The translations under genes and the position numbers were made by a program. From a virus (Duplodnaviria > Caudoviricetes): a stretch of 64,000 bases of DNA. Each line of letters begins with the position of its first letter. Within the stretch, counting starts at the first letter, position 1. The DNA lies in IMG/VR virus record IMGVR_UViG_3300021431_002979, positions 1,649-65,648 of that record; one strand, 5' to 3'. This document shows, in pieces, positions 17,877-27,298 of the stretch. The notes under the pieces are model-generated. The model saw only the letters and a list, made by a program, of their open reading frames with translations. It was not told the origin of the DNA and did not search any database.

Positions 17877-20279
17877 TTACAGCTCAATAAAATTATTAAC
17901 ACCCAAAGTCTTGGAGAACGGTTCACCGTTCTTTACAATTCTATTTGTTACATTATATTTATTAAACGTATATTCTTTATTCTTATTATCCAACAAAACA
18001 AATTCCTTTTCTGCAATGTCAATCTGCAGTAAATGGTCAACTTTCCGACCTGAAATACAATTCAAAGCCTTTGCAGTTCTACCCTTAACCATAAGGTCAC
18101 TAATGTTAATAACCTTATATCCAAGTTTACCGTCATTATATGCGAATAATAACAACAATTTATTTTTGGTATCGTCTTTTACATTACTAATCTTACAGTC
18201 AACAACAAAATCACCGTCGTCAAGTTTTGACGTACCCATTGCTCTTGCTCCGCAAGCTGTTGCAGTAAAGGAATTAACACTAAATCTACCAATGCAACCA
18301 TTATTAGTTGCAAGTGTAATAGTTTCTTCCTGCAAATCGTCTACCAAATGATTTACAACAATTTCAGAATCCATATCTTTAATAATCTGTGTTGGCTTAT
18401 TAATCTTAAATTTCATTTTATTAACAAAAGTTTTCTTAATATTGCCATTTTTCAATACAGAAATTAGAGTTTTATCTGAATCAATGTCAAACTTAATCAT
18501 ATTAATAGCGTCAGCAAATTTCATATTATTATATTGCAAAGCGTTCATTGGAACACGTTCAACCAACCCTGTCTTGTTAATAATAAGCAAATCGTCTGAA
18601 CGCCTACACTTTAACGCTTGTTTAAACATATTGGTTCTATCCTTATATGTTTTATCGGCAACAAATTTCGCATATTCTTCTGTTTCATACACATTTACTT
18701 TGCCGTTAACATACAAAACTGCCACAACATCTTCAGGAATATCTTCTGCTCCTGTATCAAATTCGTCAAAGCTAGACACAATTTTAGTTCTACGCTTATC
18801 ACCGAATTTATTTTTGAGTTCTTCCAACTGAGAAACAATATCCTGTGTCATAACTTCCTTGCTATCAAGTTTAGCCTGACAATCTTCAATAAGTTTTTCA
18901 AGTTCGGAAATTTTTGCAAAAATAACATTTCTATCTTTGCTTACCAAAGAACGTGTTTTTTGTTCAAGAATATATTCCACTTGTTCTTCATTAAGATTAT
19001 ATTTAGCAACTAATTTCTCTTTAGCTTCTGCAACTGTTTCAGAATCAATAATAATATTAATTGCTGTCTTAATATCTTCAACAATCTTTGCCAAACCACG
19101 TTGAATATTCAACTTTTTACTATATGTATCAACAAGATGAGTATACCGCTTAGTACAAACCTCAAATCTATGTTCCAAGTAAATATCAACATAGTCCATT
19201 AATGTAACAAGTTTCAATTCTTTATCCAAAATGCCACGCATATGGAAACTAGCACTAGATTGGAGTTTCGTTTTTTCAAAAATATCCTTAATAATAAGAT
19301 TAATGTTGGCAGTAGGCATACATTCCACAACAATTCTGATTTCTTGCATACCTGTAGATTCGTCACGCACAGACAAAGCTCTTGGCAAAGCCTTTTCATT
19401 AATCAATGCGTCAATCTTTTCTACAATCTTGGGTTTATCAGAATATGGTGGCATATCTGTAAATACAATCTGAGGATTATTATTTTCTGCATTAGTTTCA
19501 ACAACATAATTCGCTCTGAATGTAAGTTTGCCCTCACCTGTCTTATATAAATGCTCCAAACCCTCTTTAAGCATTTTAGACCCATACGGAAAGTCAGGGC
19601 CTTTCATTATCTTCATTAAATCTTTTAGTGTATATTCTTCATGCTGTAACGCATAAATCAACATATCGCACAACTCAGTAAGATTATGAGAAGGTGTACA
19701 AGCTGTGTAACCTACTGCAATACCCGTAGGACAACCATTTGCCAAAAAATTCGGGAACAACGCAGGTAAAACTACAGGTTCTTCGTCAGTTTCAGAATAA
19801 TTAGGCTTAAAATCTACACTATGTCTGTCCATTACGTCTTCAAGAAGTTCGTAAGCTTTTCTATCCAAACGTACCTCTGTATAACGTCCTGCACCTTCCC
19901 TATCACCGTCAATAGAACCAAGGTTGCCATGAAAATCAATCAACGGATAACGCATAACCCAAGGTTTTGCCATATTTGCAATAGTACCATAGCAATCGCC
20001 ATGTGGGTGGAAAAGACCCATAACGTCACCTGCATATCGTGCAGATTTCATATATTGTTTATTAGAATCATAACCTTTAAATTTGCCCGTATATAAAATT
20101 CTTCGTTGTACGGGTTTCATACCATCTCGAATTTCAGGCAAAGCACGGTCTACAATCGAAAGAATTGAATAGCTTAAATAAGAATTCTGCATTTCTTTAT
20201 CTACGCCATAATCAATAATATTCTCATTGGCAATTAAAGATTCAATATCTTCTTTTTTGTCGGTTTTTTTAGCCATCAA
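17877..20279 (-). CDS. gyrA: Type II topoisomerase subunit A (GyrA/ParC-like)
   Basis: RALPEIRDGMKPVQRRILY, HPHGD, GNLGSIDG, catalytic GRYTE, VVLPALFPN, GIAVG, DFPYG; C-terminal pinwheel-like repeats. Confidence 0.92.
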   Translation of the reverse strand: MMAKKTDKKEDIESLIANENIIDYGVDKEMQNSYLSYSILSIVDRALPEIRDGMKPVQRRILYTGKFKGYDSNKQYMKSARYAGDVMGLFHPHGDCYGTIANMAKPWVMRYPLIDFHGNLGSIDGDREGAGRYTEVRLDRKAYELLEDVMDRHSVDFKPNYSETDEEPVVLPALFPNFLANGCPTGIAVGYTACTPSHNLTELCDMLIYALQHEEYTLKDLMKIMKGPDFPYGSKMLKEGLEHLYKTGEGKLTFRANYVVETNAENNNPQIVFTDMPPYSDKPKIVEKIDALINEKALPRALSVRDESTGMQEIRIVVECMPTANINLIIKDIFEKTKLQSSASFHMRGILDKELKLVTLMDYVDIYLEHRFEVCTKRYTHLVDTYSKKLNIQRGLAKIVEDIKTAINIIIDSETVAEAKEKLVAKYNLNEEQVEYILEQKTRSLVSKDRNVIFAKISELEKLIEDCQAKLDSKEVMTQDIVSQLEELKNKFGDKRRTKIVSSFDEFDTGAEDIPEDVVAVLYVNGKVNVYETEEYAKFVADKTYKDRTNMFKQALKCRRSDDLLIINKTGLVERVPMNALQYNNMKFADAINMIKFDIDSDKTLISVLKNGNIKKTFVNKMKFKINKPTQIIKDMDSEIVVNHLVDDLQEETITLATNNGCIGRFSVNSFTATACGARAMGTSKLDDGDFVVDCKISNVKDDTKNKLLLLFAYNDGKLGYKVINISDLMVKGRTAKALNCISGRKVDHLLQIDIAEKEFVLLDNKNKEYTFNKYNVTNRIVKNGEPFSKTLGVNNFIEL

Positions 20280-20308
20280 GTGTTCCTCCTATATTACTAA
20301 CTGAAATT

Positions 20309-20338
20309 AGTATATTGAGGTACAAAGAAATTAGTCAA
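20309..20338 (-). promoter_or_regulatory. sigmaA-like promoter for gyrA
   Basis: TTGACT, 18 nt spacer, TATACT. Confidence 0.55.
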
Positions 20339-20355
20339 GTTTTACGCAAAACAAA

Positions 20356-20376
20356 AAAGAGAGCAAAGCTCTCTTT
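20356..20376 (-). terminator. Rho-independent terminator
   Basis: AAAGAGAGC-AAA-GCTCTCTTT. Confidence 0.6.
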
Positions 20377-20377
20377 G

Positions 20378-20572
20378 TTAATGACAAGCAGGTGCAAGCA
20401 TTTCGCCTAACTGCGATTTACGCTGTACAAAATTTGAACCACTCACGCATTTCATACATTTCTTTAAATCTCTTGTTTCCTCGGGTATCATATTGGAACA
20501 TTGTGGACACCGATACATTTTTTCATTACTAGCACTTTCCCGTGTTTTTTTCATCATTATCCCCCGTCTCAT
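20378..20572 (-). CDS. Small Zn-ribbon protein
   Basis: CPQC..CMKC; probable start at MMKK (20557). Confidence 0.5.
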   Translation of the reverse strand: MRRGIMMKKTRESASNEKMYRCPQCSNMIPEETRDLKKCMKCVSGSNFVQRKSQLGEMLAPACH

Positions 20573-21102
20573 CTTGTTAAGTCTATCTTATATAAATAAT
20601 TGGACACATATTGGTCATTCACCTTAAAAGAATTCCATAAAGTAATATTAGTTACAGGAACAGGAATTTTTTTCGTTTCGATTTCATAATCTATTTCAGG
20701 TGTATTATAAGCCAAAGTAATGTGTGGTGTATATCCTTCAAATTTGTCGGGAGCTTTTTGATAACCAACTTGTTTAAATTTTTCTTCCATTGCATAATGA
20801 ATATCATACAATTTCTGACAATCGTCTACACCCATCCACAAAGCACCACCGTCAAAGCGGTTAATTTTATTTGCAAAAACATACTGATTAAATAAAGTGT
20901 TTTCTTCCTCGAACAATTTCATTGCTTCAACCACTTTTTCAAAATCAGTTTCGTCTTTGCCAAGATAGTCTAGCGTTATATGAAATTGTGTTGGGTCTTC
21001 CCAATCACCATAAGTTTTTGATTTTAGAATTGTTTGATAATATGCTATCTGACTTTGAGCCACTTTATTATCAATATCCATAGAAAGCCATAATGAAGCC
21101 AT
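20569..21102 (-). CDS. 2H phosphoesterase (2'-5' RNA ligase/ThpR or Acb1-like)
   Basis: Two HxT motifs: FHITLDYLG and YTPHITLAYN. Confidence 0.85.
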   Translation of the reverse strand: MASLWLSMDIDNKVAQSQIAYYQTILKSKTYGDWEDPTQFHITLDYLGKDETDFEKVVEAMKLFEEENTLFNQYVFANKINRFDGGALWMGVDDCQKLYDIHYAMEEKFKQVGYQKAPDKFEGYTPHITLAYNTPEIDYEIETKKIPVPVTNITLWNSFKVNDQYVSNYLYKIDLTR

Positions 21103-21174
21103 TGTTTAACATTCCTTTACATTTATTTTCTACTTATAGTATAGATAAAATACAAAGAATTATTAAACAAAATA

Positions 21175-21402
21175 TCAAACGCATTCTAAATTACAGTTAT
21201 GAGTTTTTGAACAAGCCTCTTTTTTGTGACGATTAGCCATTTTTTCAATACTTTGTATATCGCTATTACACATAACCGCAAAAGCATACAAAGCCTTGTC
21301 GTCCTTGAAAACATGTTCTGCAATACTAGATACGTTGGAGTCATAGTCGTGAGCAAACTCATAAAATTTTCTTCTTTGTTCTAACGTAGACATAACCAAC
21401 AT
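21175..21402 (-). CDS. Hypothetical early protein
   Basis: 75 aa ORF with GAAAGGA RBS and its own sigmaA promoter. Confidence 0.55.
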   Translation of the reverse strand: MLVMSTLEQRRKFYEFAHDYDSNVSSIAEHVFKDDKALYAFAVMCNSDIQSIEKMANRHKKEACSKTHNCNLECV

Positions 21403-21445
21403 CCTTTCTCTATATATAAAAGATTACATACGTCTACTTTCGTCA

Positions 21446-21474
21446 ATTATATCATTCGTCAACATGTTTTTCAA
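21446..21474 (-). promoter_or_regulatory. sigmaA-like promoter
   Basis: TTGAAA, 17 nt spacer, TATAAT. Confidence 0.7.
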
Positions 21475-21559
21475 GCATTTTTCAAAAACGACGAATATTA
21501 TGTTATAATATAAACACTTTTAAACAAAGAGTAAAAATTACAAAATTTAGTAAAATAAA

Positions 21560-21585
21560 AAAGGAGAAGCCTTAGCTTCTCCTTT
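21560..21585 (-). terminator. Rho-independent terminator after gyrB
   Basis: AAAGGAGAAGC-CTTA-GCTTCTCCTTT. Confidence 0.8.
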
Positions 21586-21590
21586 AATTA

Positions 21591-23537
21591 TTAAAGAGCT
21601 TCCAAATCTACTTCACTAGAATTAGCTTCAATAAAGTTTTTACGTTTAACAACGTCCTTACCCATTAAAGTTTCAAACAACTCTGCTACTTCTTCTGCGT
21701 CTTCCATTGTAATACGACGTAAAGTACGCTTGCTAATATCCATAGTAGTATCTCTTAATTGGTCAGGATTCATTTCACCTAACCCTTTGAAGCGGTTTAC
21801 CTGATATTTCTCATTCTTATGCTTAGTTCTATAATCCTTCAATTCAGAATCACTAAGCAAATAAACCGATTCGTTATTAGATTTAATAATACGATACAAC
21901 GGCGGTTGTGCTGAATAAACGCTACCGCTTTCAATCAATGACGGCATGTAATAATACATTAAAGTTAATACAAGAGTACGAATGTGGCTACCGTCCACAT
22001 CTGCGTCTGTTGCCAAAATAATTTTATCATATCTTACGTCGTCAAGTTTAAAATTCTTACCTATACCGCCACCAATAGCAGCGAAAATACCTTTAATTGT
22101 ATCTGAATTAAGGATTTTAGAAATATCTGCTTTACTTACATTGAGAATTTTACCTCTCAACCCGAGTATAGCCTGATATGCTCTGTTGCGTCCTTCTTTC
22201 ATTGACCCCGCAGCGGAGTCACCCTCGCAAATCCACAATTCACGATAACCATCCTTAATAGAACAATCAGCCAATTTGCCTGGGAGCGAAATCTTCATAG
22301 CATTTTTGGCTTTACGACTAACCGCTCTCGCCCGTCTAGCAGCGAGTTCAGCTTCCTTAGTTTTCATTGCTCTATTAACAATAGCGTCAAGAATAGGTTT
22401 GTATTCCTTTTTCTTTGAAATTTCGTCAAAGAATTCGTGCATAACCGTACTTACTGCGGTTTGTGCTTCTTCACTACCAAGTTTGGTTTTAGTCTGACCT
22501 TCAAACTCAGGGTCATACAATTTTACAGAAATAGTAGCGTGAATGCCGTCCATTAAATACTGCATTTCAATCGGCTCTTTTATGAGCTTTTTATCCATAC
22601 CGTATTCATTAATACATTCCTTAAAAGAATCCTTAAATCCCTTTAAATGATAACCGCCCTCATAAGTATTAATGTTATTTGCAAAAGATTTAATCTGACT
22701 ATTAGGTTCTAATTCATCGTCATGAATAAATGAAATGTCACAAATAATATCATGACCTTCTGAATCGGTATAGGTCTTGTTGAAACTCAATGGATTATCA
22801 TAAAGTTTCTTCTTATTTTCAACCATAGCAGAAGTGTAACCTTCTACACCGTTTTTAAAACAATATTCCTGTTTATCTTTTGTAATTTCATTTTTATAAA
22901 TAATCTTCAGCCCTGCATTAAGCGAAGCAAGTTCTTTTAAACGATGTTTAATTCGTTCGCTAGGCTGTAACGTAAGTTTAAAAACTTTCTTATCAGGGTG
23001 ATACTTAATAATTGTACCTGTTTCAGTTGTTGGTTCAAGTCGCTCAACCTCAGTAGTAGGATTACCTTCACAAAAATGTTGATGCCATGTATATCCGTCA
23101 CGCTTTACAATAACGTCAAACGAATCACTTAACGCATTTACGCACTTTGTACCAACTCCGTGCAAACCTGATGAACATTTATAACCTTCAGTCTTAAACT
23201 TACCACCTGCATGAAGATTGGTAAGAATACCCGTCAAAGCGTCAATCGGATTTCCTTTTTTATCTTTGAAAGTGTCATTCTTACCAACAGGAATTCCTCT
23301 ACCGTGGTCAATAATTTCTACAGAACAATCTTTGCAAACGGTAACTGAAATCTCTTTACCCCAACCTGCAACAAATTCGTCGATACTGTTATCAATTACT
23401 TCGTATACAAGTTGGTCAATACCCGATTGAGAAGTACTCCCGACGTACATCCCGGGACGAGTTTTGACCGCTTCAAGTCCTTCTAAGACGTGAATTTGTT
23501 TTACGCCATAATCGTCAGTAACCTTTGTACTAGCCAT
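21591..23537 (-). CDS. gyrB: Type II topoisomerase subunit B (GyrB/ParE-like)
   Basis: LEGLEAVKTRPGMYVG, EVIDNSIDE, DHGRGIP, LHAGGKF, GLHGVG, EGDSAAG, LRGKILNV, DADVDGSHI, RFKGLGEM. Confidence 0.95.
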   Translation of the reverse strand: MASTKVTDDYGVKQIHVLEGLEAVKTRPGMYVGSTSQSGIDQLVYEVIDNSIDEFVAGWGKEISVTVCKDCSVEIIDHGRGIPVGKNDTFKDKKGNPIDALTGILTNLHAGGKFKTEGYKCSSGLHGVGTKCVNALSDSFDVIVKRDGYTWHQHFCEGNPTTEVERLEPTTETGTIIKYHPDKKVFKLTLQPSERIKHRLKELASLNAGLKIIYKNEITKDKQEYCFKNGVEGYTSAMVENKKKLYDNPLSFNKTYTDSEGHDIICDISFIHDDELEPNSQIKSFANNINTYEGGYHLKGFKDSFKECINEYGMDKKLIKEPIEMQYLMDGIHATISVKLYDPEFEGQTKTKLGSEEAQTAVSTVMHEFFDEISKKKEYKPILDAIVNRAMKTKEAELAARRARAVSRKAKNAMKISLPGKLADCSIKDGYRELWICEGDSAAGSMKEGRNRAYQAILGLRGKILNVSKADISKILNSDTIKGIFAAIGGGIGKNFKLDDVRYDKIILATDADVDGSHIRTLVLTLMYYYMPSLIESGSVYSAQPPLYRIIKSNNESVYLLSDSELKDYRTKHKNEKYQVNRFKGLGEMNPDQLRDTTMDISKRTLRRITMEDAEEVAELFETLMGKDVVKRKNFIEANSSEVDLEAL

Positions 23538-23572
23538 TATACCCTCCTATTTAATTTAAAATTTTCAAATAT

Positions 23573-23601
23573 ATCATATTCGTTTTTGTTAAATTTGACA
23601 A
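23573..23601 (-). promoter_or_regulatory. sigmaA-like promoter for gyrB
   Basis: TTGTCA, 17 nt spacer, TATGAT. Confidence 0.55.
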
Positions 23602-23651
23602 TACGACAATTTATTTTACATAATTTATCTTATAATATAATTATACACTTC

Positions 23652-23975
23652 TCATTCTGCGTCAATATAAATTTTAAACGGTGTGCCAACGTCTTTAATA
23701 TAAAAGTATAATTTCTTTGGTGTATCAAAACTATACTCTATACCCTCAGAATCCAAATTGTTGGCGTTTGGCATAAATTCTTCCAATGCCTGTATCACCG
23801 CTGTAGGGTCAAAAGAAGTATCGACCAAATCTTCCTCGTCTACAAAATGCGTTATAAACATACCTGATGGTACTGCGTCTTTAATATATAACTTAAAATG
23901 TGTACTAGCAGGTATCTCAGAGAAATACCGCATAGCCGTCTTATCAGACATCATCATTTTAGAATACGTCTTCAT
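23652..23975 (-). CDS. Hypothetical protein
   Basis: 107 aa ORF with GAAAGGA RBS; no recognised motif. Confidence 0.55.
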   Translation of the reverse strand: MKTYSKMMMSDKTAMRYFSEIPASTHFKLYIKDAVPSGMFITHFVDEEDLVDTSFDPTAVIQALEEFMPNANNLDSEGIEYSFDTPKKLYFYIKDVGTPFKIYIDAE

Positions 23976-24034
23976 AACGTCATTCCTTTCTTTTTTTATT
24001 TACTCTACTATTCTATTATATTTAATATAAAAAA

Positions 24035-24059
24035 AAGCGTAATGTAGAACATTACGCTT
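24035..24059 (-). terminator. Rho-independent terminator
   Basis: AAGCGTAATG/CATTACGCTT followed by a T run. Confidence 0.7.
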
Positions 24060-24072
24060 AAAATATGTACAA

Positions 24073-24570
24073 TTAAGCAAATAAGCTATCAATATCTTCT
24101 GTGGTAGCAAAATCCATTTGACTATTTGTAATAATATCCTGTTCCATTTGCTCAATTTTTGTATTGATTGGAGACAAATCTACTGTACCTGCAAGAACGT
24201 CCCAAGCCGTACCTGTCCAAGTTACATTATCACCTGCAAGTACATTGTGGTCTGAATCAGCAGTAGCAATATTCCAAGTGTCACCAATTTCATTATCTTC
24301 GGTAGGCAGTTCTGCATAAGTTTCCTTAGAACCTTTATACTTAAATACAGTGGTAATGTCAGACTTTTTAGCATAATCTGTTAAATCGTCTGCCTGTAAA
24401 GCAGATTCAAGAGTAGCTTTAAGTTCGTTGGTAAAGTCGTTAGTGGACAATCCCTTACCCTCTACAACTGCAACTTTTTTTTCTAATTCACTTGCTAATT
24501 TCTCGTCATATTTGTCTTTAAAATGTGACAGCATAGCAAAACTTACGTGTTTTTCTGAATTTTCAGCCAT
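24073..24570 (-). CDS. Putative head fibre/virion decoration protein
   Basis: KVAVVEGKGLSTNDFT and YKYKGS-like..LP..GDTWN..GDNVTWTGTAWDVLAG, typical of phage head-fibre-like proteins. Confidence 0.55.
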   Translation of the reverse strand: MAENSEKHVSFAMLSHFKDKYDEKLASELEKKVAVVEGKGLSTNDFTNELKATLESALQADDLTDYAKKSDITTVFKYKGSKETYAELPTEDNEIGDTWNIATADSDHNVLAGDNVTWTGTAWDVLAGTVDLSPINTKIEQMEQDIITNSQMDFATTEDIDSLFA

Positions 24571-24774
24571 ATTATATCACCTCAAAATTAATTATCAAAA
24601 TAGTATTCTACAAAACAAACATATTTAATTTTAAATTTATTATTTGTACATTGAACATATAGGTAATTAGTTTTATAAATTACTTTGTACTTCTTTCTTA
24701 TACAAATTCTATATATAAATACAAAAAAATCACTACACAAACTATATCCATTCATGTAGTGATTTTAATTTACA

Positions 24775-25137
24775 TTATTCTTCGTATCTGTCAATGTGTC
24801 CACGCATATCGACGTGCACAAAGTTATCGTCATATTTTAACACAATCCCTTCAGCACCGCATTCCTCACAGAGGTCGGCAAATTCTTCAATTACCATATC
24901 ATCAGGAACTGCAATATCTACAGCCATTCCTTGAACGTGATAACTATTCTCATAACCACCAATTTCGTCATTATATTCTTTGCAACGAGCACAAGCAACG
25001 ATTTCCAATGGTTGTTCCACCTGTTCTTGAAGTTCATCTAAGAACTCTAATAATTCTTCCTCTATACCTTCGTCAGGTTGCCATCCACAATGTGGACAAG
25101 ACAAAATTTCTTCGTCAAAATATTTTGAACTATTCAT
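24775..25137 (-). CDS. Peptidase M15A-like Zn protein, very acidic
   Basis: CPHCG, RC..YN..IGG..SYH..G.AVDI, FVHVD.R motifs. Confidence 0.75.
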   Translation of the reverse strand: MNSSKYFDEEILSCPHCGWQPDEGIEEELLEFLDELQEQVEQPLEIVACARCKEYNDEIGGYENSYHVQGMAVDIAVPDDMVIEEFADLCEECGAEGIVLKYDDNFVHVDMRGHIDRYEE

Positions 25138-25299
25138 AATTTGTAGGGGAAAACCTTTTTTTATGTTGATTTTTCAACTTCCATTTGTAAATAATAAAAT
25201 TGCTGTTTTCACCCACCTCTCACCTCGATTCATAAGTTTTTTATTATTTCAAAATAAACATACACTTATAAATCATTGTTATTTCGTCATTACAGCAGA

Positions 25300-25327
25300 A
25301 AAGAGCATCCTATAAAGAATGCTCTTT
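25300..25327 (-). terminator. Rho-independent terminator
   Basis: AAAGAGCAT/ATGCTCTTT. Confidence 0.6.
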
Positions 25328-25332
25328 AAATA

Positions 25333-25611
25333 TTAATTGTTCAGTTTTGTTTTTAAACTCTTAGAAACCACTACCTTCAACGCCTTGGTTGCAGGAATTT
25401 CAACAATTTCACGAGTCTGAGGATTACGACCTTTACGTGGAGCACGGTCAATACGCTTAAATGTACCGAAATTCTTCTGATTATAGGACTCACCTTCTGC
25501 AAGCTCGTCACCTAAAACTTCAAAAAAAGTATCAATACAATCTTCAATTTGAGTAAGTGTTAGACCATCCATACGGTCAGCAATGGCTCTTGCCATATCA
25601 TGTTTCTTCAT
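25333..25611 (-). CDS. HU/IHF family DNA-binding protein (divergent copy)
   Basis: FGTFKRIDRAPRKGRNPQTREIVEIPA. Confidence 0.88.
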   Translation of the reverse strand: MKKHDMARAIADRMDGLTLTQIEDCIDTFFEVLGDELAEGESYNQKNFGTFKRIDRAPRKGRNPQTREIVEIPATKALKVVVSKSLKTKLNN

Positions 25612-25774
25612 TTCATATCACCTTTATCATTAATTTTACGTAAAAATATATTTCCTGTTATACTTGTTCAAAAAAATAATATATCTAAAATAAACATTTA
25701 TTCGTTGAAAACATAGGAAATAATTGTTTGCATATAAAAATAAGAACCTATTATTACAACAGGTTCTTAAAATA

Positions 25775-26056
25775 TTAGCAATGCAACAGATTATCACTTT
25801 CTTCCAAATTATGTTCTCGACGAAACTCCACTACTGCTCGTGTAGCAAAATCTGCTTTTGCCCTAGTATCGTCATTGTTTGTAATTGGCAAAGTGCCGTA
25901 TGCTCTTTTTTCATTATATTCCAATTGTTCCAATGTCTTATATTCTTCTATGGTCAAGCCCATCTCGTGAGCCTCGTGTTTTCCGCACTCCTTTTCGTTG
26001 TCAAATTCCTTACCGCAAATTTGACAAATATACTTTGTATAATGTTTTACTTTCAT
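25775..26056 (-). CDS. C2H2 Zn-finger hypothetical protein
   Basis: YICQICGKEF..ECGKHEAH. Confidence 0.6.
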   Translation of the reverse strand: MKVKHYTKYICQICGKEFDNEKECGKHEAHEMGLTIEEYKTLEQLEYNEKRAYGTLPITNNDDTRAKADFATRAVVEFRREHNLEESDNLLHC

Positions 26057-26069
26057 GTAAATTACCCCC

Positions 26070-26804
26070 TTAATTGTTTTGATTTACAGCCTTTGCAAAA
26101 GCATTTTCAACCTGTTCACGATTCAAATGCTTAAAATCATGGTCTTTTGCAAATACATTATCCATTGCCATATCAATATTGTTCATTGCGTGTTCCATTA
26201 AACGCTTATTATGAGAAGTAAAAATTATATCTTCGTTTGCTGACTTAACATGCAGGATATAATCGTTACCATGCTTATATAAAGTCATCGTCATATCATG
26301 ATTATAAATCAGACCAATAGACTTGTAATTCTTCAACATATCTACAGTGTAGTTGTTCTTGGCATTTCTGCAACTGTTCTTTACATGGCTCTCACGAATA
26401 CGCTTTTCAACGTCCTTTGTTCTTGCCATTGTTCCGCTAGTGAACTCACGAATATACTCGTCAAACAAGTGCTTATCTGCATTTGGATAAGTTGCCTTGA
26501 ACTCTGCAATCTTAATAGAAACTGCTTCCTTAATTGTATTGTTACGCTTATCTTCCTTTTCCTTCTGCTTAATCATTTCTCTAGTTTCTTCTGCAAGCTG
26601 TTCAGAAGCTTTCTTGTCATTCATATACTGAGAATACTCACTAGAAATCTGTGTCTCATTAAACATGTGGAAAAGAACATTCATAATAGTACGAACAATC
26701 AATAATACTGCAGAAGCAATAGCTCCACATATACCTGTAAACAAACCTAAAAATGCAATTACTATAAGAATTACACCTACTAACATTAAACCTGTACCTA
26801 ACAT
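26070..26804 (-). CDS. Membrane-anchored hypothetical early protein
   Basis: N-terminal ~40 hydrophobic residues, then coiled coil; strong upstream promoter. Confidence 0.6.
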   Translation of the reverse strand: MLGTGLMLVGVILIVIAFLGLFTGICGAIASAVLLIVRTIMNVLFHMFNETQISSEYSQYMNDKKASEQLAEETREMIKQKEKEDKRNNTIKEAVSIKIAEFKATYPNADKHLFDEYIREFTSGTMARTKDVEKRIRESHVKNSCRNAKNNYTVDMLKNYKSIGLIYNHDMTMTLYKHGNDYILHVKSANEDIIFTSHNKRLMEHAMNNIDMAMDNVFAKDHDFKHLNREQVENAFAKAVNQNN

Positions 26805-26841
26805 ATTTACCGCTCCTTTACTTGTTCTGTTCTTTGATTAT

Positions 26842-26870
26842 ATAGTAACACAAACGTAGTAAAATGTCAA
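26842..26870 (-). promoter_or_regulatory. sigmaA-like promoter
   Basis: TTGACA, 17 nt spacer, TACTAT with upstream TG. Confidence 0.75.
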
Positions 26871-26894
26871 TACCTTTTTTAAAGTTTTTTAAAC

Positions 26895-26931
26895 AAAAAT
26901 CCCACTAGATATTAAACCTAGTGGGATTTTT
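26895..26931 (-). terminator. Rho-independent terminator after HU
   Basis: AAAAATCCCACTAG/CTAGTGGGATTTTT. Confidence 0.85.
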
Positions 26932-26942
26932 ATATTTTAATA

Positions 26943-27218
26943 TTACTTGTTGATAAGTTCCTTAAAGGACTTACCTGCCTTGAAGCCTGGAGCCTTGGAA
27001 GCAGGAATATCAATCTCTGCACCTGTCTGAGGATTGCGACCCTTACGAGCGGAACGTTCCTTAACCAAGAAAGTACCAAAGCCTACAAGAGATACCTTGT
27101 CGCCCTTCTGCAAAGTCTTCACAATAATATCAATCATGCTCTGAACTGCCTTTTCAGCGTCCTTCTTGGTAATTTCTGCACTTTCTGCAACCTGTGTAAT
27201 AAATTCCTGTTTTGTCAT
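26943..27218 (-). CDS. hup: DNA-binding protein HU
   Basis: MTKQEFI..GDKVSLVGFGTF..RSARKGRNPQTG..IPASKAPGFKAGKSFKE. Confidence 0.92.
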   Translation of the reverse strand: MTKQEFITQVAESAEITKKDAEKAVQSMIDIIVKTLQKGDKVSLVGFGTFLVKERSARKGRNPQTGAEIDIPASKAPGFKAGKSFKELINK

Positions 27219-27298
27219 TTTTAATTTCTCCTTTTTGTCAAAACTTTACTGTTTTCTAGCTCCAAAGAGCTTTTTATATTACTTATCATACTACATAC

